From IMG/VR virus record IMGVR_UViG_3300045051_000531: a DNA stretch of 64,000 nt; one strand, 5' to 3'. Within the stretch, counting starts at the first letter, position 1. Each line of letters begins with the position of its first letter. Shown here in pieces: positions 38,573 to 47,481 of this stretch. The position numbers and the translations under genes were made by a program. The DNA is from a virus. Under the pieces are notes generated by a model, which was not told where the DNA came from, searched no databases, and saw nothing but the letters and a program-made list of their open reading frames with translations.

Positions 38573-39855
38573 TTCCCAAGCTGATCTCGTCGCAGTCGTT
38601 CAACTTCGATGCCCCCGTGGCGTCGCTGGTTCCGCTGCACGGAAATCACGTCGGGCTCACCAAGCACGCCAATCACGGCGTCTTCACGAAGTACCTCAAG
38701 GACTTCAAGGCGCCGCCCAACAAGACCGTGATCCACGTCCTCGCCGTTGGCGACGAAGAGATGTACGGCCCGAACCGCAATGGCGACGGGTTCAGCCGCG
38801 AAGACAATAGAACCGCACATCGTTCTTTCGTCGACATCGGGCACGTCTTCAAGAACCATCAGAACGATGATCCGTTCAAGTCAGTTGGGGATGTCGTTCA
38901 GAGCGGGCATCACGATCTGATGTCGCGCATCGAGCTGCTTCTCGGGCTCGACAACGATAAGTGCCGTCGCGAGATTCAGGCCCTGCACGAGGGCAAGGAC
39001 ATCCCAGTCAGCATGGGATCCATGCAGGACTACGATGTCTGCAGCATCTGCGGGCACCAGGCTCCAACTGCGGCTGACCACTGTTTCCACATCACAGACC
39101 TGCTCGGCCAGATCCTCTCGGATGGCCGCCGGGTCTACATGAAGAACCCGAAGCCGAAGTACTTCGACATCAGCATCGTGTTCAAGCCAGCGGATCGCAT
39201 CGCATACGCGCTGCGCAAGGTAGCCGAGGCGCACGGTCGCGTCATCGGTGGCCACGAACTCGCCGAGCTCGTCGGTATGGGTTCCTGGGCGAACCCGAAG
39301 TTCGCCACGCTGAAGGCGCTGGCTGCGTTCGCGAAGCGGGTCCCTGCCAAGCTGACTGCAGCGGCTCCGAAGAAGCTGACGACGGCTTCCGTCAAGGAGC
39401 TCAGGAAGATCGCTGAACTTCACGGCATCGAGCAGCTCATCGGGTTCCTGAACGCGAACGGCTGGCTCCTCGGCCCCAGCGACTTCGGCGAGGTCATCGG
39501 CCACCCGAACCCGGCTGGCTGCGAGGCCGCTGCCAACGAGTTCGGCAGTCTGGACGCACTTCTCGACGATCACACCCAGGTCGCCGCTCTGGAGCCACCC
39601 GGCGCCCAGGAGTCCCTGAAGATCAGCCCGGACACCGTGTCTGATCTCCGCCGCCAGACCTCCATGGACCCCGGCGCCACCCAGGCCCGCGTCATCCAGA
39701 TCACGATCCAGCAGCCGGTTAGCAAGACCGCGGCGATCATGGATCCCACCGAGGCCCAGGGCTTCGCGCTGCTCTACGGACACTACAAAGTCGCCTTCGC
39801 CCACGTCCACTACGGTCGTCAGGATGTCCTGAGGACCGTGGCGGTCACCTTCTAG
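38569..39855 (+). CDS. prohead maturation protease (probable) with Zn-finger
   Basis: GPNRNGDGF, HVFKNH, IPVSMGS (Ser nucleophile candidate), CSICGH..DHC; directly upstream of scaffold and MCP. Confidence 0.65.
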   Translation: MIPKLISSQSFNFDAPVASLVPLHGNHVGLTKHANHGVFTKYLKDFKAPPNKTVIHVLAVGDEEMYGPNRNGDGFSREDNRTAHRSFVDIGHVFKNHQNDDPFKSVGDVVQSGHHDLMSRIELLLGLDNDKCRREIQALHEGKDIPVSMGSMQDYDVCSICGHQAPTAADHCFHITDLLGQILSDGRRVYMKNPKPKYFDISIVFKPADRIAYALRKVAEAHGRVIGGHELAELVGMGSWANPKFATLKALAAFAKRVPAKLTAAAPKKLTTASVKELRKIAELHGIEQLIGFLNANGWLLGPSDFGEVIGHPNPAGCEAAANEFGSLDALLDDHTQVAALEPPGAQESLKISPDTVSDLRRQTSMDPGATQARVIQITIQQPVSKTAAIMDPTEAQGFALLYGHYKVAFAHVHYGRQDVLRTVAVTF

Positions 39856-39863
39856 TATCACGG

Positions 39864-39892
39864 TTGACGAGTCCATTCGGCACCCGTAACTT
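39864..39892 (+). promoter_or_regulatory. sigma70-like promoter TTGACG-N17-TAACTT for scaffold-capsid operon
   Basis: near-consensus hexamers, spacing counted. Confidence 0.65.
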
Positions 39893-39920
39893 CCACCACG
39901 TACTCCAGAGGAACACAGAC

Positions 39921-41279
39921 ATGGCCGGTAAGAACATCCTCAGCGAACTCGATGGTCTGATCAAGCGCGCCAGCGCGAAGAAGACCGCCGAGCTCACCAA
40001 GGCTGCCCAGGATGGCAGCATCAGCGCCAAGCTCGACAACGCCGAGGACGGCACCTCGCCCGCCAGCACTGGCGAGCAGGCCGCCGCTATGGCGAAGGCC
40101 GAGAAGGAGACCTACGCCGACAACATGGTCGACACGGGCGCCAAGGACAACAAGCCCGGCGAGTCCGTCTCGGCTTCGACCGAGGGTGCCACGGCTGTCG
40201 CCACCGACGGCCAGAGCGGCACCGAAGGCGCCATGCTGGAGCCCAAGAAGGAGGCCGACAACGGCCCCACCCTGGGCGACACCCCCGAGGGCGGCAGCTT
40301 CAACAGCGGCTCCTTCAAGACCGCGGCTGCCGCGATGCGCAAGCAGGCCGCCGAGCTCCACAAGGCCGCCGAGGCCCTGCTGACCCCGCTGGACAAGTTC
40401 CTGGTCAAGGCGGCTCGTTCGAACCCGGATGCCAAGCTGCGCAAGCAGGCCGAGGCCGTGCCGGATGACGAGCTCGCGGGCTCCGCCGCTGACTCCCTGC
40501 TCCAGCAGATCGAGTCCGGCCAGCTCGGCGACGAGGAAGCCGCGCAGATCATCCAGGAGGCCGTCCAGGCTGGCGCCATCACCGAGGCCGAGCTCGCCGA
40601 GGCCGCTCAGGCCACCGGCGGCGCCCCCGCTGGTGACCCCGCTGCCGCTGCTGGCGGAGCCCCCGCTGGTGAGCCGGTCTCCGAAGAGCAGCTCATGGAG
40701 GCCAAGCTGGCCGCTGCCGATGTCGGCCCGAATGATCCCCGCTACATCAACAAGCTGGCCTCGTTCTACCCGGCCGAGATCAACGCGGGCTACGCCTTCG
40801 CGATGAAGCTCGCTCAGGACATGAGCGCCGAGGGCGACGTCAAGGAAGAGGCCAAGGCTGAGGGTGAGCCGGTCGCGCAGGAGAAGGAAGAGAAGGAGGA
40901 GAGCGGCGAGAAGGAAGAGGGTGGCGAGGAGAAGGAGGAAGGCGAGGAGAAGGAAGAGGGTGGCGAGAAGGAGGAAGGCGGCGAGGCCGCTCCCCCAGCT
41001 GCCGCTGCTCCGCCCGCTGGCGCCCTGCCTCCCGCTCCGGTCGACGACATGGCCGCTCTGGCCCCCGTCAACCCGGATGAGCAGGCCGCTCTCGGCGCCG
41101 TCCAGCAGGAGCTCGGCCTCGATGACGCCTCCCTGGCCCAGCTGATGGCTGCGCCGGCTCCCGAGGCTGCCAAGATCGCCATGGCGAAGGTCGCCAAGGC
41201 GATGAAGGCCGCTGGTGTCGACTACGGCACCCGCGCCCGCACCCTGATCCTCAACAAGGTCGCGGCCGTCCGGCGCTGA
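39921..41279 (+). CDS. scaffolding protein (probable)
   Basis: acidic Ala/Glu-rich, 16 K-x-A sites counted, between protease and capsid genes; RBS GAGGA, ATG 39921. Confidence 0.65.
   Translation: MAGKNILSELDGLIKRASAKKTAELTKAAQDGSISAKLDNAEDGTSPASTGEQAAAMAKAEKETYADNMVDTGAKDNKPGESVSASTEGATAVATDGQSGTEGAMLEPKKEADNGPTLGDTPEGGSFNSGSFKTAAAAMRKQAAELHKAAEALLTPLDKFLVKAARSNPDAKLRKQAEAVPDDELAGSAADSLLQQIESGQLGDEEAAQIIQEAVQAGAITEAELAEAAQATGGAPAGDPAAAAGGAPAGEPVSEEQLMEAKLAAADVGPNDPRYINKLASFYPAEINAGYAFAMKLAQDMSAEGDVKEEAKAEGEPVAQEKEEKEESGEKEEGGEEKEEGEEKEEGGEKEEGGEAAPPAAAAPPAGALPPAPVDDMAALAPVNPDEQAALGAVQQELGLDDASLAQLMAAPAPEAAKIAMAKVAKAMKAAGVDYGTRARTLILNKVAAVRR
40881..40985 (+). repeat. purine-rich in-frame repeat encoding EKEE(G/S)GE
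   Basis: gagaaggaagag/gagaaggaggaa units. Confidence 0.75.
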
Positions 41280-41304
41280 ACCATAGAACCAAAGGAATCC
41301 AGCA

Positions 41305-41730
41305 ATGAGCAAGTACAAGCAGCTCAAGGAAGCCGCCGCCGCTCTGGAAAGCGCCGCGAGCATCCTCGAGAAGCAGGCCGCCGCGGCCGACAACCTCACC
41401 AAGAAGGCTGCCGCCCAGCCTCAGGCCAAGCCTGAGGTCAAGACGGCCGCCGAGAAGGTCAAGCTTGGCCAGCAGGCCAAGGTGGCAGCCGCCAAGCTGC
41501 TGGAGGTCGGTCTGCTGAGCAACCAGAAGCAGGCCGATGTCTTCGCTTCGCAGCTCCTCGATCATGGCCAGGCGATCCAGAAGATCGCCCAGTTGACGCA
41601 ACACGTCACGGCCACGAAGATGGGCCGTGTCGTGATCGACGAGACCAAGACCAAGACCGCCGAGACGGCGACCGAGGTCTACGACGCCAGGGCTCGCGCA
41701 GTTCTTTCCAAGCTCAACCTCAAAGCCTGA
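41305..41730 (+). CDS. small scaffold/core protein
   Basis: at least 8 K-x-A sites in 141 aa; RBS AAGGA. Confidence 0.65.
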   Translation: MSKYKQLKEAAAALESAASILEKQAAAADNLTKKAAAQPQAKPEVKTAAEKVKLGQQAKVAAAKLLEVGLLSNQKQADVFASQLLDHGQAIQKIAQLTQHVTATKMGRVVIDETKTKTAETATEVYDARARAVLSKLNLKA

Positions 41731-41775
41731 CGGTTCGCCGATCAGACCAACCCCTCAGACCAAGGAACTCACACC

Positions 41776-42546
41776 ATGCTGCAGTCATCGATGGGCAAGC
41801 ACAAGCTGGACGTCCGCTACGGCGACCGGAACACGCTCCCCTACTACAACGGCGTTCTGGACACCACGATCCTGAACAACGTCAACAAGGGCGTCATCGC
41901 CACCGCGGGCAAGGTCATGACGCTGACCACCGCGAAGCGCCTCACGGTCGGCCTCAGCGTGCAGGGCGCCGTGCCCTACTACAGCTGGTCGGGCCTCGAC
42001 GCCAACAACTACCCGGACGTCGACCGTGTCCGCGGCATGCCGGGCTACCTGGACAAGCCGGCGGCCGGCATCGGCGCCCCGGGCTCGCCCGGCTGGGCCG
42101 GCATCCCCACGGGCTCCGTGCTCGCGGGCGGCTGGGCCACGATCCAGCACATCGCGGCGGCCGAGCTGTCCTCGACGGCGATGCTGATCACCCCGACCAC
42201 GGCGGCTGAGTGGGCCTTCAATGGCCTCGTCACGCCTCCGGCCACCATCACGGCTGCGGACTACGCCCCGGGCACCCCGCTGACCGTGCTGTGCTACAAC
42301 GAGACCACGACCCCGACCACGACTGACGAGCTCGCCTCGGTCGGTCTCCTGGTCCCGGTCAACGCCGCCGGCGGCGCCGCGGCGACCTCGGTCGTCGTCG
42401 GCTACGTGGCTCCCGCGGGCGTCTTCCTGGGCCCCGAGGGCTACCTGACCGTCGCCTTCACCCCGGCCTTCGTCGCGGGCACCACGGTTCCCGTGCTGAA
42501 CGCTGGCGCCCTGGCCAACGGCGCCGCCGGCGTCGTGATCCCGTGA
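41776..42546 (+). CDS. capsid decoration/cement protein (probable)
   Basis: Gly/Ala/Thr-rich beta protein immediately before MCP, extreme codon bias. Confidence 0.5.
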   Translation: MLQSSMGKHKLDVRYGDRNTLPYYNGVLDTTILNNVNKGVIATAGKVMTLTTAKRLTVGLSVQGAVPYYSWSGLDANNYPDVDRVRGMPGYLDKPAAGIGAPGSPGWAGIPTGSVLAGGWATIQHIAAAELSSTAMLITPTTAAEWAFNGLVTPPATITAADYAPGTPLTVLCYNETTTPTTTDELASVGLLVPVNAAGGAAATSVVVGYVAPAGVFLGPEGYLTVAFTPAFVAGTTVPVLNAGALANGAAGVVIP

Positions 42547-42553
42547 TGAACTA

Positions 42554-42581
42554 GGGGCCCCGGTCATCTGACCGGGGCCCC
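42554..42581 (+). other. perfect 13-bp GC-rich inverted repeat in MCP leader
   Basis: GGGGCCCCGGTCA-TC-TGACCGGGGCCCC, no U-tract. Confidence 0.8.
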
Positions 42582-42626
42582 GCCCCCAGCCTCCAGATCC
42601 ATCCAAGAACAGCAGAGGAACATAAC

Positions 42627-43565
42627 ATGTCGCAGCAGAAGCTCAGCGCGGCCCAGTCCAACAAGGCCTTCTTCGGTCTCCTGCAGAACGGGCAGACCAA
42701 GGAAGCTCAGGACATGGTGACCGACTTCACCCGGATTCGTATCCGCGAATCCAGCGTGTTCGAGAAGGTCATGCCGTCGGTCAAGATCGCCGACGACGAG
42801 CTCACCCCGCAGCTCGGCACCGACAAGAACGTGAAGCTGGTGGAGCGCGAGCCGAACTCGCCCGCCGCCATCACGATCCCGCTCGGCACCCAGCCGATCC
42901 AGTACTACTTCCGCGGCGACCGCTACCCGGTCTTCTTCGACCGGATCGTGACCCCGAAGTTCACCAAGGATGTCTCCGAGCTCCGTACGTACGGCATGGA
43001 CATCCGCCAGGTCATCAGCGACAACGCGATCCTGGACATGGACTTCGAGTTCGACCGCAAGATGATCGCTGCCGCGCAGTCGATCGTCGGCACCGAGGGC
43101 TCGACTGTTCCCGAGACCGGCGTCATCCAGAACCGCAAGATCGTCGACCCGCTCGGCATCACCCGCAACTCGCTCTTCGAGATGCGCAAGATCCTGCCGT
43201 CGACCTTCGCGCACCTGGAAGGCGTCACCATCCTGGTGAACAACATCACGATCCACGACATCGCCAAGTTCGGCCGTGACGAGGTCGGTGGTGAGCTCTC
43301 CGAGAGCATGTTCGTCGAGGGCTTCCAGCAGAAGCGCCTCCTGGGCATGAACTGGATCGTGACCAACAAGACCGAGCTGGTCGAGAACGACACCTTCTGG
43401 ATCTTCGCCTCGCCCGAGTTCATCGGCAAGTCGTTCGTCCTCGAGGACGTCACCCTGTACCTCGACAAGAAGGCCTACAACCTGGAGTTCTTCGCCTACA
43501 CGGAGCGTGGTGCCACCATCGGCAACCCGGCCGCCATCGCGAAGGCCCGCATCGCGACTGCCTGA
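42627..43565 (+). CDS. major capsid protein (HK97-fold, probable)
   Basis: 312 aa, extreme GC3 bias, strong RBS GAGGA, YPVFFDRIVTPKFTKDVSELRTYGMDI segment, followed by terminator. Confidence 0.75.
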   Translation: MSQQKLSAAQSNKAFFGLLQNGQTKEAQDMVTDFTRIRIRESSVFEKVMPSVKIADDELTPQLGTDKNVKLVEREPNSPAAITIPLGTQPIQYYFRGDRYPVFFDRIVTPKFTKDVSELRTYGMDIRQVISDNAILDMDFEFDRKMIAAAQSIVGTEGSTVPETGVIQNRKIVDPLGITRNSLFEMRKILPSTFAHLEGVTILVNNITIHDIAKFGRDEVGGELSESMFVEGFQQKRLLGMNWIVTNKTELVENDTFWIFASPEFIGKSFVLEDVTLYLDKKAYNLEFFAYTERGATIGNPAAIAKARIATA

Positions 43566-43588
43566 GCGCAGTTCCGGTACTGGTTGCG

Positions 43589-43622
43589 AGAACCCCGGTC
43601 GAAAGGCCGGGGTTCTTCGTTT
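43589..43622 (+). terminator. intrinsic terminator after MCP
   Basis: 12-bp stem AGAACCCCGGTC-GAAA-GGCCGGGGTTCT then TCGTTT. Confidence 0.75.
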
Positions 43623-43639
43623 CCAGCTGTCACAAGCTA

Positions 43640-43667
43640 TTGACGATCGGTCAGGCACCACTACGGT
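43640..43667 (+). promoter_or_regulatory. promoter TTGACG-N16-TACGGT giving a probably leaderless mRNA
   Basis: ATG at 43674 is 6 nt after -10; no RBS. Confidence 0.55.
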
Positions 43668-43673
43668 TCTGAC

Positions 43674-45578
43674 ATGGATGCCCTCGAGAAGCTCAAGCAC
43701 GCCAGGAACCTCTCCGATGCCGGGCGCTACGATGACGCCATAGCCCTGTTCAAGGAGCTCATAGGGGCCGGCAAGGAGCTCGATAACGCCCATCTTGGCG
43801 TCGGGGTCGCCTTGCTCCGAGCGGGCCGGAATCAGGCCGCTGGGGACTACCTGAAGGGCTGCGGCAGCACAGCCGCTGAGATCTTCATCAACGCGGCCAC
43901 CGCTTACAGCCTGGTCGGTGACGACGAAGCCGAGATCGAAGCGCTCCTGGGAGTCCTGAAGTCCCGGCAGCGGGTCCACGAGAACCCGTACCGCAGGCTG
44001 ACCCAGCTCGCCGTCGAGAAGAAGCAGTGGAACGTGGCCTACGAGGCCCTCATGCTGCTCTTCGAAATCAACTCCGAGGACTTCGCGGTCTGCAACCAGC
44101 TCGCCCAGGCCTGCAAGGAGCTCAAGCGGCACAAGCAGGCCGTGACGTTCTACCTGAAGGCTTACGAGCTCACCGAGGACCCCACCCACAAGGCCAACCT
44201 GCATGCCGCGTTGGCTGGTCTCTACAAGGACACCGCGGAGCAGAAGAAGGCGTACAGCCATTTCCGTGAGGCCTACGAGCGCCACCCGAACCCGAACACC
44301 TGTTCGAACTTCATCATGACGGCGCAGTACACCGCCGGGGTCAACCTGTCGGACTTCTACAATCTGTGTCGGGAGTACAGCGCCAGGTTCCTGAGACACA
44401 CCCCGCACTACCAGTTCCCGCTGGAGCGCTTGGATTCCACGAAGGCGGAACGCGGGCTCCGCATCGGATTCATGTCCGGCGATTTCATCGCGCACTCCCT
44501 GGCCAACCTGCTGCTGGAGCCGTTCAAGGCGTTCCGCAAGGTGGCTCCGCAGCACGACATCATCTGCTACGCGAACCGAGAAACCGACAAGGAGGACCGG
44601 ATCTCAGACGCCTACAAGACCACGGGGCGCTGGGTCAACCTGTTCGGAAAAACCGATAAAGAGGCCGCAGAAATCATCTATCGTGATGAGGTCGACGTTC
44701 TCATCGATCTCGCCGGGCACACCGCATACAACCGACTCCCTGTGTTCGGGTACAAGCCGGCCCCAGTCCAGGCAGGCTGGGTATCAGGCATGATGACACC
44801 CGCGGCTCTGGCGACCATCAACTACTTCATCACGGATCCCTGGATGAAACCGGTGAGCGCGGATCAGGTCTGTGCTGAGAAGTTCTACGAGATGCCGGCG
44901 GCGTACACGTACTTCCCGTTGGCGATGCCGCCACCGATCGCGCCGCTGCCCGCTGACACCGTGGGCTACGTGACCTTCGGTTCGTTCAACAATCCGTGCA
45001 AGATTCACGACGCCACGTTGGAGGCCTGGGCGCGGTGTCTGCGTGAAGTCCCCAGGAGTCGATTCATCATCAAGGTGTACACCTCGGCGACGGAGCATCA
45101 GATCCGGACGTACATGGCGGCTCGCGGAATCGGTCCCGATCGGCTGACGTTCTCGCAGGGCGTCCCGAGCACGGAAGACGTCATGAAGACGTACACCGAG
45201 AAGATCGACATCGTGATGGATACCTGGCCGTGCACGGGCTGCCTGACCTCAGCTGAGGCGATGTGGATGGGGTGTCCCGTGGTCACCTTGACCGGCGACG
45301 CCTTCCTGTTCCGGCAGACCTGGACGATTCTGAAGCAGATCGGGATGCCAGAGCTCGGTGCCGACACCGTCGATGGCTACGTCAAAGCGGCGGTCGAGCT
45401 CGCCAAGGATCGGAAACGGCTGCGCGACTTCCGTGCCACGATCCGCGACAAGATGAACGCGGCGCCGATCCGGAACCCGGAGCTCATCGCGACCCACGTC
45501 TTGAAGGCCTGCGAGACGTTCTGGGTGGACTGGTGCAGGAGCCGGGCTCCGCTGAAGGCGCTCCAGGCGCACCGCTGA
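43674..45578 (+). CDS. TPR-containing GT41 glycosyltransferase (OGT/SPINDLY family)
   Basis: TPR N-terminus; LRIGFMSGDFIAH, DEVDVLIDLAGHT..RLPVFGYKPAPVQ, TFGSFNNPCKI, DTWP..TSAEAMWMGCPVVTL. Confidence 0.9.
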   Translation: MDALEKLKHARNLSDAGRYDDAIALFKELIGAGKELDNAHLGVGVALLRAGRNQAAGDYLKGCGSTAAEIFINAATAYSLVGDDEAEIEALLGVLKSRQRVHENPYRRLTQLAVEKKQWNVAYEALMLLFEINSEDFAVCNQLAQACKELKRHKQAVTFYLKAYELTEDPTHKANLHAALAGLYKDTAEQKKAYSHFREAYERHPNPNTCSNFIMTAQYTAGVNLSDFYNLCREYSARFLRHTPHYQFPLERLDSTKAERGLRIGFMSGDFIAHSLANLLLEPFKAFRKVAPQHDIICYANRETDKEDRISDAYKTTGRWVNLFGKTDKEAAEIIYRDEVDVLIDLAGHTAYNRLPVFGYKPAPVQAGWVSGMMTPAALATINYFITDPWMKPVSADQVCAEKFYEMPAAYTYFPLAMPPPIAPLPADTVGYVTFGSFNNPCKIHDATLEAWARCLREVPRSRFIIKVYTSATEHQIRTYMAARGIGPDRLTFSQGVPSTEDVMKTYTEKIDIVMDTWPCTGCLTSAEAMWMGCPVVTLTGDAFLFRQTWTILKQIGMPELGADTVDGYVKAAVELAKDRKRLRDFRATIRDKMNAAPIRNPELIATHVLKACETFWVDWCRSRAPLKALQAHR

Positions 45579-45583
45579 GTCGC

Positions 45584-45612
45584 TTGTACGGAGTTCCCCG
45601 CGGGATTAGGAT
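45584..45612 (+). promoter_or_regulatory. promoter TTGTAC-N17-TAGGAT
   Basis: intergenic, spacing counted. Confidence 0.5.
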
Positions 45613-45633
45613 ATTTCCCAGGAGTACTCCACC

Positions 45634-46560
45634 ATGCCTCGCACCCCCAAGGGCCAGACGCAGCGTAGCTACGCTGGCCGATTCCTTTACGGCGCCGTCG
45701 GTAATTACCGGCTCCGCCGAGTTCTGAACACCGTCCTCGATGCTGCCAACCAGATCTCGGCAGCGGTCGCTCCCGGCGAGCCGCCGGTTACGGCGACCGT
45801 CACGATCCCTGCCAAGGATTCCACGGCCCCCGTCGCGCTGAGCGGCGACGTCGCGGTGTCCGCCGGCACGAGGCCGTCGTGGCCCAAGGAAACCGTGGCT
45901 GGCACCGTCAACGTCTCCAAGCTGCCCGTCCAGGGTGGCCGCTGCGGTGACAACTCCACGGTGGATCTGCCTTACCTGGGCACCGGCTCGCCGGCATCGA
46001 TCGCCAACGCGGCGTACCCACGCGTCTCCGGTGCCGTGGCTGCGGCGACCCCAGCACTCGACATCACCTACGGCAACGGGGACTCCGATCTCGGTGTCGC
46101 CTTCGGCACCGTGCAGACCAACCCGTACGTCGCTGGTGGCACCTACCAGATCGACGCCACGCTGACGGATGTCATGGGTCGGGAGACCCCGGCAGTCCTG
46201 GGAACCTTCGTGGTGGCCGGCGTCGTCCTGCCGGTGTTCACGGTGGCCCCGGCCCTGGCGAACATCCTGGCGACCTCGGCCGACGTGCTCGCCACGCTCA
46301 GCGAGAACGGCACGATCTACGTCGTCGTGGTTGCCGATGGCGACCCGGCTCCGTCGGTTGCCGAGATCCTGCTGGGTCAGGAGAGCGGTGGTGGAGCCCC
46401 GGTGGCCGCGGCCAACGGCGCCGCCACGGCGTCCGTCCAGGCCACGGTGCCCGTCACGGGGCTCACCACGGCGACGGCCTACGACGTCTACGTCGCCGCC
46501 AAGGACACCGCGGGCAACCCGGTGGCTGTCGCGGTCAAGCTGGACCTCACGACCGCCTAG
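45634..46560 (+). CDS. virion surface protein with Ig/fibronectin-III-like domains
   Basis: TGLTTATAYDVYVAAKDTAGN Fn3-like end; own promoter and terminator. Confidence 0.6.
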   Translation: MPRTPKGQTQRSYAGRFLYGAVGNYRLRRVLNTVLDAANQISAAVAPGEPPVTATVTIPAKDSTAPVALSGDVAVSAGTRPSWPKETVAGTVNVSKLPVQGGRCGDNSTVDLPYLGTGSPASIANAAYPRVSGAVAAATPALDITYGNGDSDLGVAFGTVQTNPYVAGGTYQIDATLTDVMGRETPAVLGTFVVAGVVLPVFTVAPALANILATSADVLATLSENGTIYVVVVADGDPAPSVAEILLGQESGGGAPVAAANGAATASVQATVPVTGLTTATAYDVYVAAKDTAGNPVAVAVKLDLTTA

Positions 46561-46576
46561 TAGAAGCGGGTCTTGC

Positions 46577-46620
46577 GAATGGAGGGACGGCGGCTACTGT
46601 AGCCGCCGTCCTTTCATTTT
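46577..46620 (+). terminator. intrinsic terminator
   Basis: long stem GAATGGAGGGACGGCGGCTA / TAGCCGCCGTCCTTTCATT ending in a T-run. Confidence 0.8.
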
Positions 46621-46632
46621 CGGAGTACCGCG

Positions 46633-47280
46633 ATGACCTTTGGCGCCACCGTCGACACCAGTCGCCCCCACACCGTCATCGAAGTACATCACCCCGTCGA
46701 CCTCTGGGTTCCCAGACGAGCCCATCTCGCCAAGGGTACCTACCAGTTCCAGGGCGACCTGAGGCCTTGCTTCCGGGATCTCTCGACACGGCGTCTCGTA
46801 GCCGCTGGGGTCGTCTCGGTGCGCTACGTCGCCGTCGATGAGGCCCCCCAGACGGTGTCCGCGCGGACAGAAATGGTCCCGGCGTCGGCCGTGGTGTCCC
46901 CGAAGGCCCTGGATCTGAAGTCACAGATCCCAACCGATTTCGCCCCGACCACGGTGAACACCGTGAACCTGGGTCCCGTGCTCCAGGAGCCCGTTATCGG
47001 GACCTCGGCACCGGAGCAGGCCGAGACCATGGAAACGCCTCCTGAGGCGATCTATACGCAGCCGGAACCGGTTCCGACGGAGACCACTCCTGTGGCCACC
47101 GAACCGGCTGTGATCGCAACGGAACCAGAGCCCGTGGTTACCGAGCAGGCCGCCGTGGCGACGGAGCCCGAACCCGTGGCTACCGAAACCAAGCCGGAGT
47201 CCACGGAGATCGAGCCCGTCACGGCTGACGCCATCGCCGGGGCCGAGCCGGTTCGCCGGCGCCGCCGGAACCAGCTCTAA
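46633..47280 (+). CDS. hypothetical protein with ATEPEPV repeats
   Basis: RBS GGAG; acidic Thr/Pro repeats, RRRRR C-terminus. Confidence 0.6.
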   Translation: MTFGATVDTSRPHTVIEVHHPVDLWVPRRAHLAKGTYQFQGDLRPCFRDLSTRRLVAAGVVSVRYVAVDEAPQTVSARTEMVPASAVVSPKALDLKSQIPTDFAPTTVNTVNLGPVLQEPVIGTSAPEQAETMETPPEAIYTQPEPVPTETTPVATEPAVIATEPEPVVTEQAAVATEPEPVATETKPESTEIEPVTADAIAGAEPVRRRRRNQL

Positions 47281-47285
47281 GTAGA

Positions 47286-47313
47286 TTGCGGCTATCCGGG
47301 GCTCAGGTAAGCT
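47286..47313 (+). promoter_or_regulatory. promoter TTGCGG-N16-TAAGCT, near-leaderless
   Basis: ATG 47321 is 7 nt after -10. Confidence 0.45.
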
Positions 47314-47320
47314 GCGTGCC

Positions 47321-47473
47321 ATGCAGGTCACGCACAACGCGATCCGTCGCGGGCTCGCCAAGCTCGCTGACACCCCGATGTCGAAGACCGCTGCCCGGAG
47401 GCGTTGGCTGGAGGACACCGACCTGGTGAAGCTCTGTCAACTCTTTAAGGCCCAGCAGTCCCGCAAGAAGTAG
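47321..47473 (+). CDS. 50-aa protein missed by ORF track
   Basis: MQVTHNAIRRGLAKLADTPMSKTAARRRWLEDTDLVKLCQLFKAQQSRKK; fills gap exactly. Confidence 0.55.
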   Translation: MQVTHNAIRRGLAKLADTPMSKTAARRRWLEDTDLVKLCQLFKAQQSRKK

Positions 47474-47481
47474 GAGCTCCC

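Noticed and set aside
39864-39920. ORF-track extended starts (also 10556, 17725, 58833, 62749)
   Set aside because: Extensions overlap promoters or upstream genes; downstream ATGs have RBS or coupling
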